A DNA stretch of 64,000 nt from Solimonas sp. (GTDB lineage: Bacteria > Pseudomonadota > Gammaproteobacteria > Nevskiales > Nevskiaceae), in the NCBI GenBank assembly GCA_036275615.1, contig DASUDL010000047.1:2610-66609 (forward strand), in the 5' to 3' direction. The translations under genes and the position numbers were made by a program. Below, one piece after another: positions 9,290-22,195 of this stretch. Positions within the stretch are counted from its first letter, which is position 1. Each line of letters opens with the position of its first letter. The notes beneath the pieces were generated by a model that had not been told where the DNA came from, searched no databases, and worked only from the letters and a program-made list of their open reading frames with translations.

Positions 9290-9822
9290 TCCGTGCCTTC
9301 GGCGGCGTCCGCCCACAACTGGGCGCCCGCGTGTACGTCGATCCGCAGTCGGCGCTGGTGGGCGACATCGTGCTCGGCGACGACGTCTCGATCTGGCCCT
9401 TCGTCGCCGCGCGCGGCGACGTCAACCAGATCCGCATCGGCGCCCGCAGCAACATCCAGGACAACACGGTGCTGCACGTCACCCACGACGGTCCCTACAG
9501 CCCCGGCGGCGTGCCGCTGCTGATCGGCGAGGACGTCACCGTCGGCCATGGCGTGATCCTGCATGCCTGCACAGTCGGCGACCGCTGCCTGGTCGGCATG
9601 GGCGCGCGCGTGCTCGACCGCGCCGTGCTGGAGCCCGAATGCTTCATCGCCGCGGGCGCGATCGTGCCACCGGGCAAGACCCTCAGGGGCGGCTGGCTGT
9701 ATCGCGGCGCACCGGCCGAGGCGGCGCGCGAGCTGACCGCCCGTGAGCGCGAGCAGCTGCTGTACTCGGCGCAACACTATGTGCGCCTCAAGGACCGCTA
9801 CCTCGCGGAGTCGGCGCCATGA
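9286..9822 (+). CDS. gamma carbonic anhydrase family (YrdA-like)
   Basis: GTGA overlap; RGDVN, SNIQD, VTVGH..LH.C hexapeptide repeats. Confidence 0.92.
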   Translation: MIRAFGGVRPQLGARVYVDPQSALVGDIVLGDDVSIWPFVAARGDVNQIRIGARSNIQDNTVLHVTHDGPYSPGGVPLLIGEDVTVGHGVILHACTVGDRCLVGMGARVLDRAVLEPECFIAAGAIVPPGKTLRGGWLYRGAPAEAARELTAREREQLLYSAQHYVRLKDRYLAESAP

Positions 9823-10714
9823 GCGGCGCGGAGTCCGTGCGCATCGTCGAGGTCGGCGCCCGCGACGGCCTGCAGAACGAGCCGCAGCTGCTGCCCGCCG
9901 CCACCAAGATTGCACTCATCGAGCGGCTGGCGGATGCCGGTCTGAGGACCATCGAGGCCACCAGCTTTGTCTCGCCCAAGTGGGTGCCACAGATGGCGGA
10001 CGCCGCCGAGGTGCTGGCCGGCCTGCGGCGTCGCGACGGCGTGAGCTACCCGGTGCTCGTGCCCAACCTGCAGGGACTCGAGCGGGCGCAGGCGGCCGGC
10101 GTGGCGGAGATCGCGATCTTCACGGCCGCCTCCGATGCCTTCAACCGCCGCAACACCAATGCCAGCATCGAGGAATCCCTGCAGCGCCTGCGGCCGGTCG
10201 CCGAGCAGGCCCATGCGGCTGGGCTGCGGGTGCGTGCCTATGTCTCCACGGTGCTCGGTTGCCCCTATCAGGGCGAGGTGCCCGTGGCCGAGGTGGTGCG
10301 CGTGACCCGCGCGGTGGCCGACTTCGGCTGCTACGAGATCTCGCTGGGCGACACGATCGGCGTCGGCACGCCGCGCGCGGCGCGGGCGATGCTCCGTGCC
10401 TGCGCCGAGGCAGTCGGCATGGCGCGTCTCGCGGTCCACTTCCATGACACCCGCGGCCAGGCGCTGGCCAACGTCTGGGCCTGCCTGGAGGAGGGCGTGC
10501 GCGTGGTCGATGCCAGCGTCGCCGGCCTGGGGGGCTGCCCCTACGCGCAGGGCGCCAGCGGCAATCTCGCGACCGAGGACCTGGTGTACTTGCTTCACGG
10601 CGCCGGCTTCGCGACCGGCGTCGATCTCGAGGCCCTGACCGAGACCGGGCGCTGGATCAGCGCACAGCTCGGCCGGGAGCCGGCCAGCAAGCTGGGCCGT
10701 ATCCGGAGAGCGGC

Positions 10715-10718
<4 letters not shown>
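9819..10718 (+). CDS. hmgL: hydroxymethylglutaryl-CoA lyase
   Basis: EVGARDGLQNE, HFHDT, GLGGCPYA.GASGN.ATED. Confidence 0.95.
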
Positions 10719-12664
<1,946 letters not shown>

Positions 12665-12716
12665 ACCCGCCGGCCATCGCAGCCGCGCGGACCATGGATC
12701 AGGGAGCTCGACAGAA

Positions 12717-13469
12717 GTGACTCGCAAACTCGTACTGCTGCGCCACGGCCAGAGCCAGTGGAATCTCGACAACCGCTTCACCGGCTGGGTGGATGTGGAC
12801 ATCACCGAGCAGGGGCGGCAGGAGGCCCAGAAGGCCGGCCAACTGATGCACGACGAGGGCCTGCTGTTCGACGTGGCCCACACCTCGGTGCTCAAGCGCG
12901 CGATCCGCACGCTGTACACCGCGCTCGACGCCATGGACCAGATGTGGCTGCCGGTGCACAAGACCTGGCGCCTCAACGAGCGTCATTACGGCAGCCTGCA
13001 GGGGCTCGACAAGGCCGAGACCACGGCCAAGTACGGCGAGGCCCAGGTCAAGGTCTGGCGCCGCAGCTACGACATCCCGCCGCCGCCGATGGACGAGCAT
13101 GACGGCGGCCACCCCAAGTACGACCGCCGCTACAGCAAGCTCGACGCCAACGCCCTGCCGGCCACCGAGTCGCTGAAGACCACGCTGGACCGCGTCCTGC
13201 CCTACTGGAACGACGCCATCGCCCCGCAGCTCAAGGCTGGGCAGACCGTGCTGGTGACCGCGCACGGCAACTCCCTGCGTGCCCTGTACAAATACCTGAA
13301 CCACGTGCCGGACAACGAGATCGTCGAGCTGAACATCCCCACCGGCATCCCCCTGCTGTTCGAGCTGCACGACGACCTGCGGGTGAAGTCGCACCGCTAC
13401 CTCGGCGACCCCGAGGCCGCGCGCAAGGCTGCCGAGGCCGTGGCCAACCAGGCCAAGACCCGGTCCTGA
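12717..13469 (+). CDS. gpmA: 2,3-bisphosphoglycerate-dependent phosphoglycerate mutase
   Basis: GTG start; [29 protein letters not shown]. Confidence 0.96.
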   Translation: MTRKLVLLRHGQSQWNLDNRFTGWVDVDITEQGRQEAQKAGQLMHDEGLLFDVAHTSVLKRAIRTLYTALDAMDQMWLPVHKTWRLNERHYGSLQGLDKAETTAKYGEAQVKVWRRSYDIPPPPMDEHDGGHPKYDRRYSKLDANALPATESLKTTLDRVLPYWNDAIAPQLKAGQTVLVTAHGNSLRALYKYLNHVPDNEIVELNIPTGIPLLFELHDDLRVKSHRYLGDPEAARKAAEAVANQAKTRS

Positions 13470-13491
13470 GGCGTGGGTATCGCCATACCAG

Positions 13492-13516
13492 AAGGCCGCC
13501 CGAGGGCGGCCTTTTT
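13492..13516 (+). terminator. intrinsic terminator after gpmA
   Basis: AAGGCCGCCC-GA-GGGCGGCCTT followed by T run. Confidence 0.8.
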
Positions 13517-13549
13517 CGTGGGCGATGCCGGCGACGGGGCGCCGGAAGC

Positions 13550-14191
13550 TCAGATGCGGTAGGCCCCGAACTTCATCAGCCGCGCCACCTGCCGCATCAG
13601 GCCGCGCACCGGGGCGGGCAGGGGGCGGGCGCCGGCCTCGCGGGCTTCGCGGCCGTGACGCTCCTCGTCGCGCTTCATGGTCTCGAGGATCGCCCGCGAG
13701 CGCTGGTCGGACGGCGGCAGCTTCTGCAGGTGCTCGCCCAGGTGCTCGGAGACCTGGCGCTCAGTCTCATCCACGAAGCCCAGGCTCCAGCGGTCGCCGG
13801 CCAGCCCGGCCGCAGCGCCGATGGCGAACGAGCCCGCGTACCACAGCGGCTGCAGCTTGCTGGGTGTGTCGTCCAGCTCCCGCAGACGCTGTTCGCACCA
13901 GCGCAGGTGGTCCTGCTCTTCGCGCGCTGCCTCGAGCAGGTGGCTGCGCAGCGCCGGGTCGCGGGCCACGAAGGCCTGGCCGTGGTAGAGCGCCTGGGCC
14001 GAGACCTCGCCGGCATGATTGACGCGCATCAGGCCGGCGATGTGGCGACGCTCGGCCTCGCTATGTGCTTCCGCCGGCCGCTGCGCGCCCGGGTTGGCAC
14101 GTCCGGCCGGCCGGTCGCGCTCGCCCAGCAGCGACAGGCCACGGTTGAGGGCTGAGAGCAGATGGTCGGCAGGTGTGTACTGGCGGCTCAT
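13550..14191 (-). CDS. coq7: demethoxyubiquinone hydroxylase (di-iron Coq7)
   Basis: [38 protein letters not shown]. Confidence 0.95.
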   Translation of the reverse strand: MSRQYTPADHLLSALNRGLSLLGERDRPAGRANPGAQRPAEAHSEAERRHIAGLMRVNHAGEVSAQALYHGQAFVARDPALRSHLLEAAREEQDHLRWCEQRLRELDDTPSKLQPLWYAGSFAIGAAAGLAGDRWSLGFVDETERQVSEHLGEHLQKLPPSDQRSRAILETMKRDEERHGREAREAGARPLPAPVRGLMRQVARLMKFGAYRI

Positions 14192-14233
14192 GACCGGTAT
14201 TTTAGAATGGCCGCCCCGCCCGCGACCAAATCC

Positions 14234-15247
14234 GTGCAAGTCAAACCCGCCCAACTCGCCGCCCAGCTCGCGCGCGGCCTCGCTCCGATCTACCTCGTTG
14301 CCGGGGAGGAGCCCTTGCTGATCCAGGAATCCCTGGACGCGATCCGCACTGCCGCGCGCAAGGCCGGGTATTCCGAGCGCGAGGTGCTCGACGCCGAGCG
14401 CGGCTTCGACTGGCAGCGGCTGGCCGAGTCCTGCGCCAGCCTGTCGCTGTTCGCCAGCCTGCGCTTGGTCGAGGTGCGGATGCCGGCGGGCCCCGACGAC
14501 GAGGGTCGCAAGATGCTGCAGGCCCTGGCCGAGCGCCCGCCGCAGGACGTGCTGCTGCTGGTGAGCTGCGGGGCGCTCGACAAGCGCCAGCGCGAGTCCG
14601 CCTGGGCGCGGGCACTCGACGCCACCGGCGCCTTCGTCTACGTCTGGCCGGTCAAGAGCGAGGAGCTCGCCGGCTGGATCGAATCGCGCCTGCGCGCGGC
14701 TGGCGTGCAGGCCGAGCCCGAGGCCGTGCGCCTGCTGGCCGAGCGCACCGAGGGCAACCTGCTGGCGGCGCAGCAGGACATCGAGAAACTGAAGCTCCTG
14801 TTCCCGGGGCAGACCCTGAGTGCTGCCCAGCTTGCCGATTCGGTGGCCGACAGCTCGCGCTTCGAGGCCTTCGACCTGAACGAGCGCGTGCTCGACGGCG
14901 ATGCCGTCGGCGCGGTGCGCAGCCTCGACCGCCTGCGCGAGGAGGGGCTCAATCCGCTGGAGATCATCGGCGCGCTGAGCTGGAGCCTGCGCCAGCTGGC
15001 CAAGGCCGCCGGTCAGTACGCCCGTCTCGGCGACGCCACGGCCGCCTGCGAGGCCGCCGGCATCTTCCGTGCCCAACAATCCCGCTATCTCAAGGCCTTG
15101 CCGCGGGTCCGGCCCGCGGAAACCCTGGCCTGGATGCGGCGTGCCGCGCGCATCGACACCCTGGTCAAGACCGGCCAGGACGCGGCAGCCTGGGAAGAGT
15201 TGCTAACATTGGTCCTCGCCGCCTCGGGCGCACGCCGCCCCTCCTGA
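14234..15247 (+). CDS. holA: DNA polymerase III delta subunit
   Basis: [34 protein letters not shown]; start may be ATG 14207. Confidence 0.92.
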   Translation: MQVKPAQLAAQLARGLAPIYLVAGEEPLLIQESLDAIRTAARKAGYSEREVLDAERGFDWQRLAESCASLSLFASLRLVEVRMPAGPDDEGRKMLQALAERPPQDVLLLVSCGALDKRQRESAWARALDATGAFVYVWPVKSEELAGWIESRLRAAGVQAEPEAVRLLAERTEGNLLAAQQDIEKLKLLFPGQTLSAAQLADSVADSSRFEAFDLNERVLDGDAVGAVRSLDRLREEGLNPLEIIGALSWSLRQLAKAAGQYARLGDATAACEAAGIFRAQQSRYLKALPRVRPAETLAWMRRAARIDTLVKTGQDAAAWEELLTLVLAASGARRPS

Positions 15248-15260
15248 TCCGTCGTTTCCC

Positions 15261-16556
15261 ATGAGCTCCCCCGCGTCCCCGAAGTCCAGCCGCGCCAAGT
15301 CCGATTCCATCGCCGCCTACATGCGCGAGCGGGGGCAGAAGGCGCGTGCCGCCGCGCGGGCGCTGTCGCGGACCGATACCGGGACCAAGAACGCCGCCTT
15401 GTTCGCGCTGGCCGGCATCCTGGTCGAGGAAACCGACGCGATCCTCGCCGCCAATGCGCTCGACATGCGCGAGGGCCGCAGCAACAAGCTCGACGAGGCC
15501 ATGCTCGATCGCCTGGAGCTCAACGCCGATCGCGTGCGGGCCATGGCCGACGGCGTGCGCCAGGTCGCCAACCTGCCGGATCCGGTGGGCGAGATCTCCG
15601 AACTCAAGCAGCGCCCGTCCGGTATCCAGGTGGGCAAGATGCGCGTGCCCATGGGCGTGGTCGGCATCATTTACGAATCGCGCCCCAACGTGACCGCGGA
15701 TGCCGCCGCCCTGTGCCTGAAGTCGGGCAATGCCGCGATCCTGCGCGGCGGTTCCGAGGCCCTGCGCTCCAACCAGGCGATCGCCCGCTGCATCGAGCGC
15801 GCCCTGCAGGACGCTGGCCTGCCCAAGGAGGCCGTGCAGGTGCTCGACATCACCGACCGACGCACCGTGGCGGAGATGGTGTCGATGCCGGAGTTCGTCG
15901 ATGTGGTGATCCCGCGCGGCGGCAAGGGGCTGGTCGCAGCCGTGGCCGAGAACGCGCGCGTGCCGGTGATCAAGCATCTCGACGGTGTCTGCCACGTCTA
16001 CATCGACAGCGAAGCCGACCTGGAGAAGGCCGTGGCCGTCGCGGTCAACGCCAAGACCCAGCGCTACGGCACCTGCAACACCATGGAGACGCTCCTGGTG
16101 GAGAAGGGCATCGCCCCGCGCGTGTTGCCGCAGCTATCGGAGATCTACGTCGAGGCGGGCGTGGAACTGCGCGGCTGTGAGCGTACCCGCAAGATCCTCG
16201 AGGACGTGCGTCCGGCCACGGAAGAGGACTGGCGCACGGAATACCTGGCGCCGATCCTGTCGATCCGCGTCGTCGACGGCCTCGACCAGGCCATCGACCA
16301 TATCGAGACCTACGGCTCCCACCACACCGACTGCATCGTCAGCGAGAACCTGAGCAAGGTGCGCCGCTTCCTGCGCGAGGTGGACTCCAGTTCGGTGATG
16401 GTCAATGCCTCGACCCGCTTCGCCGACGGCTACGAGTACGGCCTGGGCGCGGAAATCGGCATCAGCACCGACAAGTTCCACGCCCGCGGCCCCGTGGGCC
16501 TGGAAGGCCTCACCACCGTGAAGTGGGTGGTGATCGGCGACGGCAGCGTCCGCTGA
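15261..16556 (+). CDS. proA: glutamate-5-semialdehyde dehydrogenase
   Basis: [46 protein letters not shown]. Confidence 0.97.
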   Translation: MSSPASPKSSRAKSDSIAAYMRERGQKARAAARALSRTDTGTKNAALFALAGILVEETDAILAANALDMREGRSNKLDEAMLDRLELNADRVRAMADGVRQVANLPDPVGEISELKQRPSGIQVGKMRVPMGVVGIIYESRPNVTADAAALCLKSGNAAILRGGSEALRSNQAIARCIERALQDAGLPKEAVQVLDITDRRTVAEMVSMPEFVDVVIPRGGKGLVAAVAENARVPVIKHLDGVCHVYIDSEADLEKAVAVAVNAKTQRYGTCNTMETLLVEKGIAPRVLPQLSEIYVEAGVELRGCERTRKILEDVRPATEEDWRTEYLAPILSIRVVDGLDQAIDHIETYGSHHTDCIVSENLSKVRRFLREVDSSSVMVNASTRFADGYEYGLGAEIGISTDKFHARGPVGLEGLTTVKWVVIGDGSVR

Positions 16557-16563
16557 CCGCCGC

Positions 16564-17226
16564 ATGAAGGCCATCGGCGTTTTCGGCGGCGCCTTCGCAC
16601 CCTTCCACAACGGCCACCTCCGGGTTGCCATCGAGGCGCGCGAGCGCCTGGGCCTGACCCAGCTGCGGCTGATTCCCACCGCACACCCGCCGCATCGTCG
16701 CGACTCGCGGGTTTCGCCGATGCGTCGCCTCGAATGGGTCAAGGCCGCCGTGCGCCGCGAGAAGGGCCTGGTCGCCGACGACCGCGAGATCCTCCGGGAC
16801 GGCCCCTCCTACACGGTCGACACGCTCACCGAGTTGCGGGCCGAGTTTCCGCAGGCGGCGCTGGTGCTGCTGATGGGGGCGGACGCCTTCGCTCACCTGC
16901 ACAGCTGGAACCGCTGGACACAGCTACTGGACCTGGCCCACCTCGCCGTCGTGACCCGGCCGGGCGCCGTGCCCGAGCCCTCGCGCGAGGCGGCCGAACG
17001 CTTGCAGGGCTGTCGCGCGACCCACCTGGAGGCGCTGCACGAGCAGCCGGCGGGCCTGTGGCTGCCGCTGGAACTGCCACCGCTGGACATCTCCTCGACC
17101 CGCATCCGCCGCCTGCTGAAGCAGGGGCTGTCGGTGCGCGGCCTGGTGCCGGATGCCATACTCAATGCCATGACCGCCGCCGATGTCGCGGCGCTGACCC
17201 AGGACGACGATGCCACGAAACACTAA
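16564..17226 (+). CDS. nadD: nicotinate-nucleotide adenylyltransferase
   Basis: GGAFAPFHNGH (HxGH), SYTVDTL, MGAD, ISSTRIR; position before rsfS. Confidence 0.92.
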   Translation: MKAIGVFGGAFAPFHNGHLRVAIEARERLGLTQLRLIPTAHPPHRRDSRVSPMRRLEWVKAAVRREKGLVADDREILRDGPSYTVDTLTELRAEFPQAALVLLMGADAFAHLHSWNRWTQLLDLAHLAVVTRPGAVPEPSREAAERLQGCRATHLEALHEQPAGLWLPLELPPLDISSTRIRRLLKQGLSVRGLVPDAILNAMTAADVAALTQDDDATKH

Positions 17227-17794
17227 GCTCAGCCCGCTGGCCCAGCTCGCCTTCGGCGCGCTGGAAGACCTCAAGGGCCTGGACATTGCCGTCCTCGACG
17301 TGCAGCCGCTGACCACGGTCACCGATACCATGATCGTCTGCACCGGCACCTCGAACCGGCACGTGAAATCGCTGGCGCAGAGCGTGGCCGAGCAGGCCAA
17401 GCACCAGGGCCACCAGCCGCTGGGCATGGAAGGCCAGGACCAGGGCGAATGGGTGCTGGTGGACCTGGGCGGTGTGGTCGTACACGTGATGCTGGCGCAG
17501 GCCCGCGCCTTCTACCAGCTGGAGAAGCTCTGGGCCCTGCCCGAGCCGTCCGTGGTGGTCGAGCCCCGGGTGAAGAAGGCCGCAAAGCCCGCGGCGTCCG
17601 CCAAGGGCAAGGCCGGGACCAAGTCGAAGGCTGGCGCCAAGTCGTCCGGCAAGGCTTCGGGCAAGACCAAGGCGGCGGCCAAGAAGCCCCCGCGCAAGAA
17701 GGGCGAGATGCTCGGCGCCCGCAAGCCCGCGAAGAAGGCCGCCAAGGCGCCGGCGCGCAAGGCCGTCAAGCCGGCCAAGTCCAGCCGCCGCTGA
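17210..17794 (+). CDS. rsfS: ribosome silencing factor with Lys/Ala-rich C-terminal extension
   Basis: LEDLKG.DI..LDV, TGTSNRHV, WVLVDLG..VVH, R.FYQLEKLW, then ~74-aa basic tail. Confidence 0.93.
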   Translation: MPRNTKLSPLAQLAFGALEDLKGLDIAVLDVQPLTTVTDTMIVCTGTSNRHVKSLAQSVAEQAKHQGHQPLGMEGQDQGEWVLVDLGGVVVHVMLAQARAFYQLEKLWALPEPSVVVEPRVKKAAKPAASAKGKAGTKSKAGAKSSGKASGKTKAAAKKPPRKKGEMLGARKPAKKAAKAPARKAVKPAKSSRR

Positions 17795-17805
17795 GTCGCG
17801 GCGCG

Positions 17806-18276
17806 ATGCGCATCCGGCTGATCGCGGTCGGCACGCGCATGCCGGACTGGGTGGAGACGGCCTACGCCGACTATGCGGGGCGCCTGCCCCGCGAGTGCCG
17901 GCTCGAGCTCACCGAGATCGCCCCCGCGCAGCGCGGCAAGAACAGCGATATCCCGCGGGCCAAGCAGCAGGAAGGCGAGAAGATCCTCAAGGCGATCCCC
18001 GCCGGCAGCCTGGTGATCGCGCTCGACGAGCGCGGCGAGGCGCTCACCAGTCCGCAGTGGGCTGGCGAACTGAAGAAGTGGCTGCAGTCCGGGCGTGACA
18101 CCTGCCTGCTGATCGGCGGCCCCGACGGCCATGCGCCCGAGGTCCTCGCGCGGGCCGATCGGCAGTGGTCGCTGTCGACGCTCGTGCTGCCTCACGCCCT
18201 GGTGCGGGTCTTCGTCGCCGAGCAGCTGTTCCGAGCCTGGAGCCTGCTCGCGAACCATCCCTATCACCGTGCCTGA
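17806..18276 (+). CDS. rlmH: 23S rRNA pseudouridine-1915 N3-methyltransferase
   Basis: LDERG, IGGPDG, LPH.LVR..EQ.FRA, HPYHR. Confidence 0.96.
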   Translation: MRIRLIAVGTRMPDWVETAYADYAGRLPRECRLELTEIAPAQRGKNSDIPRAKQQEGEKILKAIPAGSLVIALDERGEALTSPQWAGELKKWLQSGRDTCLLIGGPDGHAPEVLARADRQWSLSTLVLPHALVRVFVAEQLFRAWSLLANHPYHRA

Positions 18277-18333
18277 ACGCGCGCCGGGCGCCCCGACCAC
18301 CGCGGTCGGGCATCGGCACGGCGGGTGCAGCGC

Positions 18334-20217
18334 TCAGGCCAGGTCGCCGCGCAGGGTCCTCACGCGCTGCTCGAGGTCCGCGGCGTTGACCTGGTCCGCC
18401 GGGACCGGCGGGCCGGCCACGATCTCGATCCGCGACCAGAAGCGACGCGGCAGGCGCATGCGCTTGCGGTAGTCGTCGTGGCGGCTGAACAGGCTGCCCC
18501 AGAGGCCGCGCAAGGCGAGCGGAACCACCGGTGCCGGGGTCGTAGCGATGATCCGCTCAATGCCCGGGCGGAAGCCCTGCATCTCGCCATCCCGCGTGAT
18601 CGCCCCCTCGGGGAAGATGCCGACCACATCCCCATTGCGCAGGGCCTCGGCGACCTCGGCGAACGCCTTCTCCATCAGCACCGGATCTTCCTTGGCGCCC
18701 GCGATCGGGATCGCGCGCGCGGTGCGGAAGATGAAGTTCAGTACCGGGATGCGGAAGATCTTGTAGTACATCACGAAGCGTACCGGGCGCCGGATGTTGC
18801 CGCCCAGGATCAGCGCGTCGACGAAGCTCACGTGATTGCAGACGACCACGGCGGGCCCCTCGTCGGGAATGTGCTCCAGCCCGGTCTTGCGGATGCGGTA
18901 CAGGGTGTTGATCAGCGCCCAGACCAGGAAGCGCATCAGGAACTCGGGTACCAGCGAGTAGATGAAGGCGGCGATGGCCGCATTCATCAGCGCCGTGGTC
19001 AGCAGCAGCTGCGGAATGGTCAGGCCGGCTTTGAGCAGCAGTACCGCCAGCAGGGCTGCGACGACCATGAACAGGGCGTTGAGGATGTTGTTGCCGGCGA
19101 TGATGCGCGAGCGATGACCGGCTTCGGACCGGGTCTGGATCAGGGCGTACAGCGGCACGATGTAGAAACCGCCGAAGACGCCGATCAGCAGCAGGTCCCA
19201 GAGCACGCGGTGGTGGGCGGCCACGGCGAGGAACTCGCGGGCGCCCAGGTCCAGGGCCTGCGCGGCGGCGGGGGCCGCGAAGTACAGGTCGACACCGAAC
19301 AGGGTCAGGCCGATCGAGCCCAGCGGCACCAGGCCAATCTCGACCTTGTGGCCGGACAGGCGCTCGCAGAGAAGGGAGCCGAGGCCAATGCCCAGAGAGA
19401 ACACGGTCAGCAGCAGGGTGACGACGCTCTCGTCGCCGCCGAGGTAGGTCTTGGTGTAGTTCGGCAGCTGCGACAGGAACATCGCGCCGTAGAACCAGAA
19501 CCAGGAGATGCCCAGCACCGACAGGAACACGGTGCGGTTGCCGCGCATGAACTGGAAGTTGCGCCAGGTCTCGCGCAGCGGGTTCCATTCGATGGCCAGT
19601 TCTGGCGCCGTGGCCGGCGCCTCGGGAATGCGACGGGCCGTGAGATAGCCCAGCACGGCGGTCGCCACGACCACGGCCGACACCCAGGTGGTGCCGCCCT
19701 GGCGCAGGATCAGCCAGCCCCCCAGCATGGTGCCGAGCAGGATCGCCAGGAAGGTTGCGGCCTCGACCAGCGCATTGCCGCCGACCAGCTCCTCCTCGCG
19801 CAGGTGCTGCGGCAGGATCGAGTACTTCACCGGTCCGAACAGGGCCGCCTGCAGGCCGAGCAGGAACAGCAGGCCCAGCAGCAGCGGCACGCTGCGCAGG
19901 GCGAAGCCGGCCACCGCCAGCCCCATGATCGCCAGCTCGAGCAGCTTCACGTAGCGGATCAGGCGCGACTTCTCGTACTTCTCCGCGATCTGTCCGGCGG
20001 TGGCCGAGAACAGGAAGAAGGGCAGGATGAACAGGCCGGCGGCGAGATTGACGTAGAGGTCGATCTGCCCCTGCGACAGTCCGGCAATGCCGAAGGTGAC
20101 CAGGATCACCAGGGCATTCTTGTAGACGTTGTCGTTGAAGGCGCCCAGCGCCTGGGTCAGGAAGAAGGGGCCGAAGCGCTTCTCGGCCAGCAGGCCGAAC
20201 TGCGAGGATTCGCTCAT
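18334..20217 (-). CDS. MFS (LplT-like) transporter fused to PlsC-type acyltransferase
   Basis: TQALGAFNDNVYK, FGPVKYSILP, many TMs; C-terminal NHVSFVD and IFPEG. Confidence 0.9.
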   Translation of the reverse strand: MSESSQFGLLAEKRFGPFFLTQALGAFNDNVYKNALVILVTFGIAGLSQGQIDLYVNLAAGLFILPFFLFSATAGQIAEKYEKSRLIRYVKLLELAIMGLAVAGFALRSVPLLLGLLFLLGLQAALFGPVKYSILPQHLREEELVGGNALVEAATFLAILLGTMLGGWLILRQGGTTWVSAVVVATAVLGYLTARRIPEAPATAPELAIEWNPLRETWRNFQFMRGNRTVFLSVLGISWFWFYGAMFLSQLPNYTKTYLGGDESVVTLLLTVFSLGIGLGSLLCERLSGHKVEIGLVPLGSIGLTLFGVDLYFAAPAAAQALDLGAREFLAVAAHHRVLWDLLLIGVFGGFYIVPLYALIQTRSEAGHRSRIIAGNNILNALFMVVAALLAVLLLKAGLTIPQLLLTTALMNAAIAAFIYSLVPEFLMRFLVWALINTLYRIRKTGLEHIPDEGPAVVVCNHVSFVDALILGGNIRRPVRFVMYYKIFRIPVLNFIFRTARAIPIAGAKEDPVLMEKAFAEVAEALRNGDVVGIFPEGAITRDGEMQGFRPGIERIIATTPAPVVPLALRGLWGSLFSRHDDYRKRMRLPRRFWSRIEIVAGPPVPADQVNAADLEQRVRTLRGDLA

Positions 20218-20339
20218 GGGCGGCAGCGCGGCTCCCTGCCGCGGGGTCGCTGGGGAAGCACCGAGCATACCGGCGGCGCAGCGGCCGCGCAGCCGGGGCA
20301 GAATGCGGTGATCGCGGACGCCGGTCCGGGGAGAACAGC

Positions 20340-21623
20340 TTGAGCAAGGGTCCCGAGTGGTTGCTGGACGAGTTGCCGGCACTGCAGGCCGAGGGCGTGA
20401 TCGACGCAGCCACCGCCGAGCGCCTGCGGGCCCGCTACGCGGCACAGGCGGCGGCGCGCACGCCGCTGGCGCGCGTGCTGTTCGCCGCACTTGGTGCCCT
20501 GCTGATCGGCATGGGCCTGATCCTGCTGATCGCCCACAACTGGGATGCCTGGCCCCGCGCCCTGCGCCTGACGGTGGCCTTCCTGCCGCTGCTGGTCGGG
20601 CAGGGCCTCTGCGCGATCGCGATCGTCCGCCATCGCGACTCGGTGGCCTGGGCCGAGGGGGCGGGCCTGTTCACGGCCGCGGCGTTCGCGGCGGCGCTCG
20701 CCCTGGTCGGACAGATCTTCCATTTCCCGGGCGACCTCGGCCGCTACCTGCTGACCTGCGCGCTCGCCGCGCTGCCCCTGGTCTACCTGCTGCGCTCCAG
20801 CGGTGTTGCGGCCCTGGTGGCGCTGGCGCTGCTGGGCTGGGTGCAGGCCGAGCATTGGGGTGAGCACTCGCCGCTATGGGTCTTTGCGCTCTACGCCGCG
20901 CTGGTTCCCCATGCCCTCCAGGCCTGGCGCCGCGATCCGGAGTCCTTCCGCGCGGCCTTTCTCGCCGGCTGGCTGGTGCCGACTGCCTTCATTGCCCTGC
21001 TCATCGCCCTGCCCAACGGCCTGCGCCTGAGCTGGCTGTGGTTCACCGAGGTGGCCGCCCTGCTCTGGCTGCTCGAGATGGCCGGGCCGCGCACCCCGGC
21101 GCTGCGCCTGCGGCGGCCCCTGCAGGGCTACGGCCTGATCGGCGTCGGCGCCAGCGGTCTGGCAGCGGCATTCGGCGATTTCTGGCAGCAGCGTGCCTGG
21201 TTCCCGCGCGCTGCGGAGACGACGATGGCCGAGGGTTGGATCGTGGTCGGCCTGGTGCTCGCGGCGGTGCTGTTCCTGGCGCTGCGCAGCCTGTGGCGGC
21301 GGCAATGGCTCGCTGCCGCGGGCGCGCTGCCGGCTCTGGCGGTCTGGGCCACCCTGGTGTTCGATCCGGCGCCGCTGGCCACGCCGCTCACGCTGCTGTT
21401 CAACGCCTACGTGCTCGCTGTCGGACTGGCCCTGATCCAGCGCGGCCTGGCGGAGCGCTCGATGGCTGCGGCCAACACCGGCCTGAGCCTGATCGCGATG
21501 CTGGTGCTGATGCGCTTCTTCGACGGCGACTGGTCCTTCACCGTACGCGGCATCGGCTTCGTGGTGGTCGGCGCCGGATTCCTGTTTGCCAATGTCTGGC
21601 TCAAGCGCCGGGTGCAGTCATGA
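20340..21623 (+). CDS. DUF2157-family multi-pass membrane protein
   Basis: WL..EL..L..EGVID, LGALLIG.GL.L.IAHNW, ALVGQIFH. Confidence 0.8.
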   Translation: MSKGPEWLLDELPALQAEGVIDAATAERLRARYAAQAAARTPLARVLFAALGALLIGMGLILLIAHNWDAWPRALRLTVAFLPLLVGQGLCAIAIVRHRDSVAWAEGAGLFTAAAFAAALALVGQIFHFPGDLGRYLLTCALAALPLVYLLRSSGVAALVALALLGWVQAEHWGEHSPLWVFALYAALVPHALQAWRRDPESFRAAFLAGWLVPTAFIALLIALPNGLRLSWLWFTEVAALLWLLEMAGPRTPALRLRRPLQGYGLIGVGASGLAAAFGDFWQQRAWFPRAAETTMAEGWIVVGLVLAAVLFLALRSLWRRQWLAAAGALPALAVWATLVFDPAPLATPLTLLFNAYVLAVGLALIQRGLAERSMAAANTGLSLIAMLVLMRFFDGDWSFTVRGIGFVVVGAGFLFANVWLKRRVQS

Positions 21624-22195
21624 ACCTCCGTCTTGGCCTGCTGCTGGTGCTGGTGCTCGCGCAATGGGCCGTGCCCGGCTACCTGATCCAGCGCGGCCAG
21701 GCGACCTTGCGCGAGGGCACGGCGTACAAGTTCCGCACCGCGCCGGTGGATCCGGCCGACCCCTTCCGTGGCCGCTACCTGGTGCTGAACTTCGAGGCGG
21801 CCTGGGTGACGGTCCCCGCCGGGTTCGACGTCGAGCCGCGTCAGCCTCTCTACGCGCCCATTGAGGTCGACGCCGAGGGCTTCGCCCGGCTGGGGGTGCC
21901 GCAGAAGACGCGGCCGGACCGGGGCGACTGGCTGCGCGTCGTCACCGGCTGGCGGGACGATCAGCAGCGCCTGCGGGTGACGCTGCCGTTCGATCGCTAC
22001 TACCTCGACGAGAACGCCGCGCCGGCGGCGGAGCGCCTGTACCTGGCGGGTAACCGTCGCGGGGCGAGCGCAGGCGCCCGGCCCACCTATGCGCAGGTGC
22101 GGGTGCGCGAGGGCTATGCGGTGATCGAGGACCTGGTGATCGACGGCCAGCCGCTGCGCGAGCGGCTGCGGGACGGCGAGGGGGCGGCGCCCTAG
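21620..22195 (+). CDS. GDYXXLXY-family membrane-anchored protein
   Basis: ATGA overlap; TAPVDPADPFRGRYLVLNF, RYYLDE. Confidence 0.8.
   Translation: MNLRLGLLLVLVLAQWAVPGYLIQRGQATLREGTAYKFRTAPVDPADPFRGRYLVLNFEAAWVTVPAGFDVEPRQPLYAPIEVDAEGFARLGVPQKTRPDRGDWLRVVTGWRDDQQRLRVTLPFDRYYLDENAAPAAERLYLAGNRRGASAGARPTYAQVRVREGYAVIEDLVIDGQPLRERLRDGEGAAP

Noticed and set aside
12717-13469. gpmA codon usage differs from its neighbours (possible horizontal transfer)
   Set aside because: The same C-ending bias is seen in minD, fpr and speD, consistent with high expression; no mobility signatures flank it
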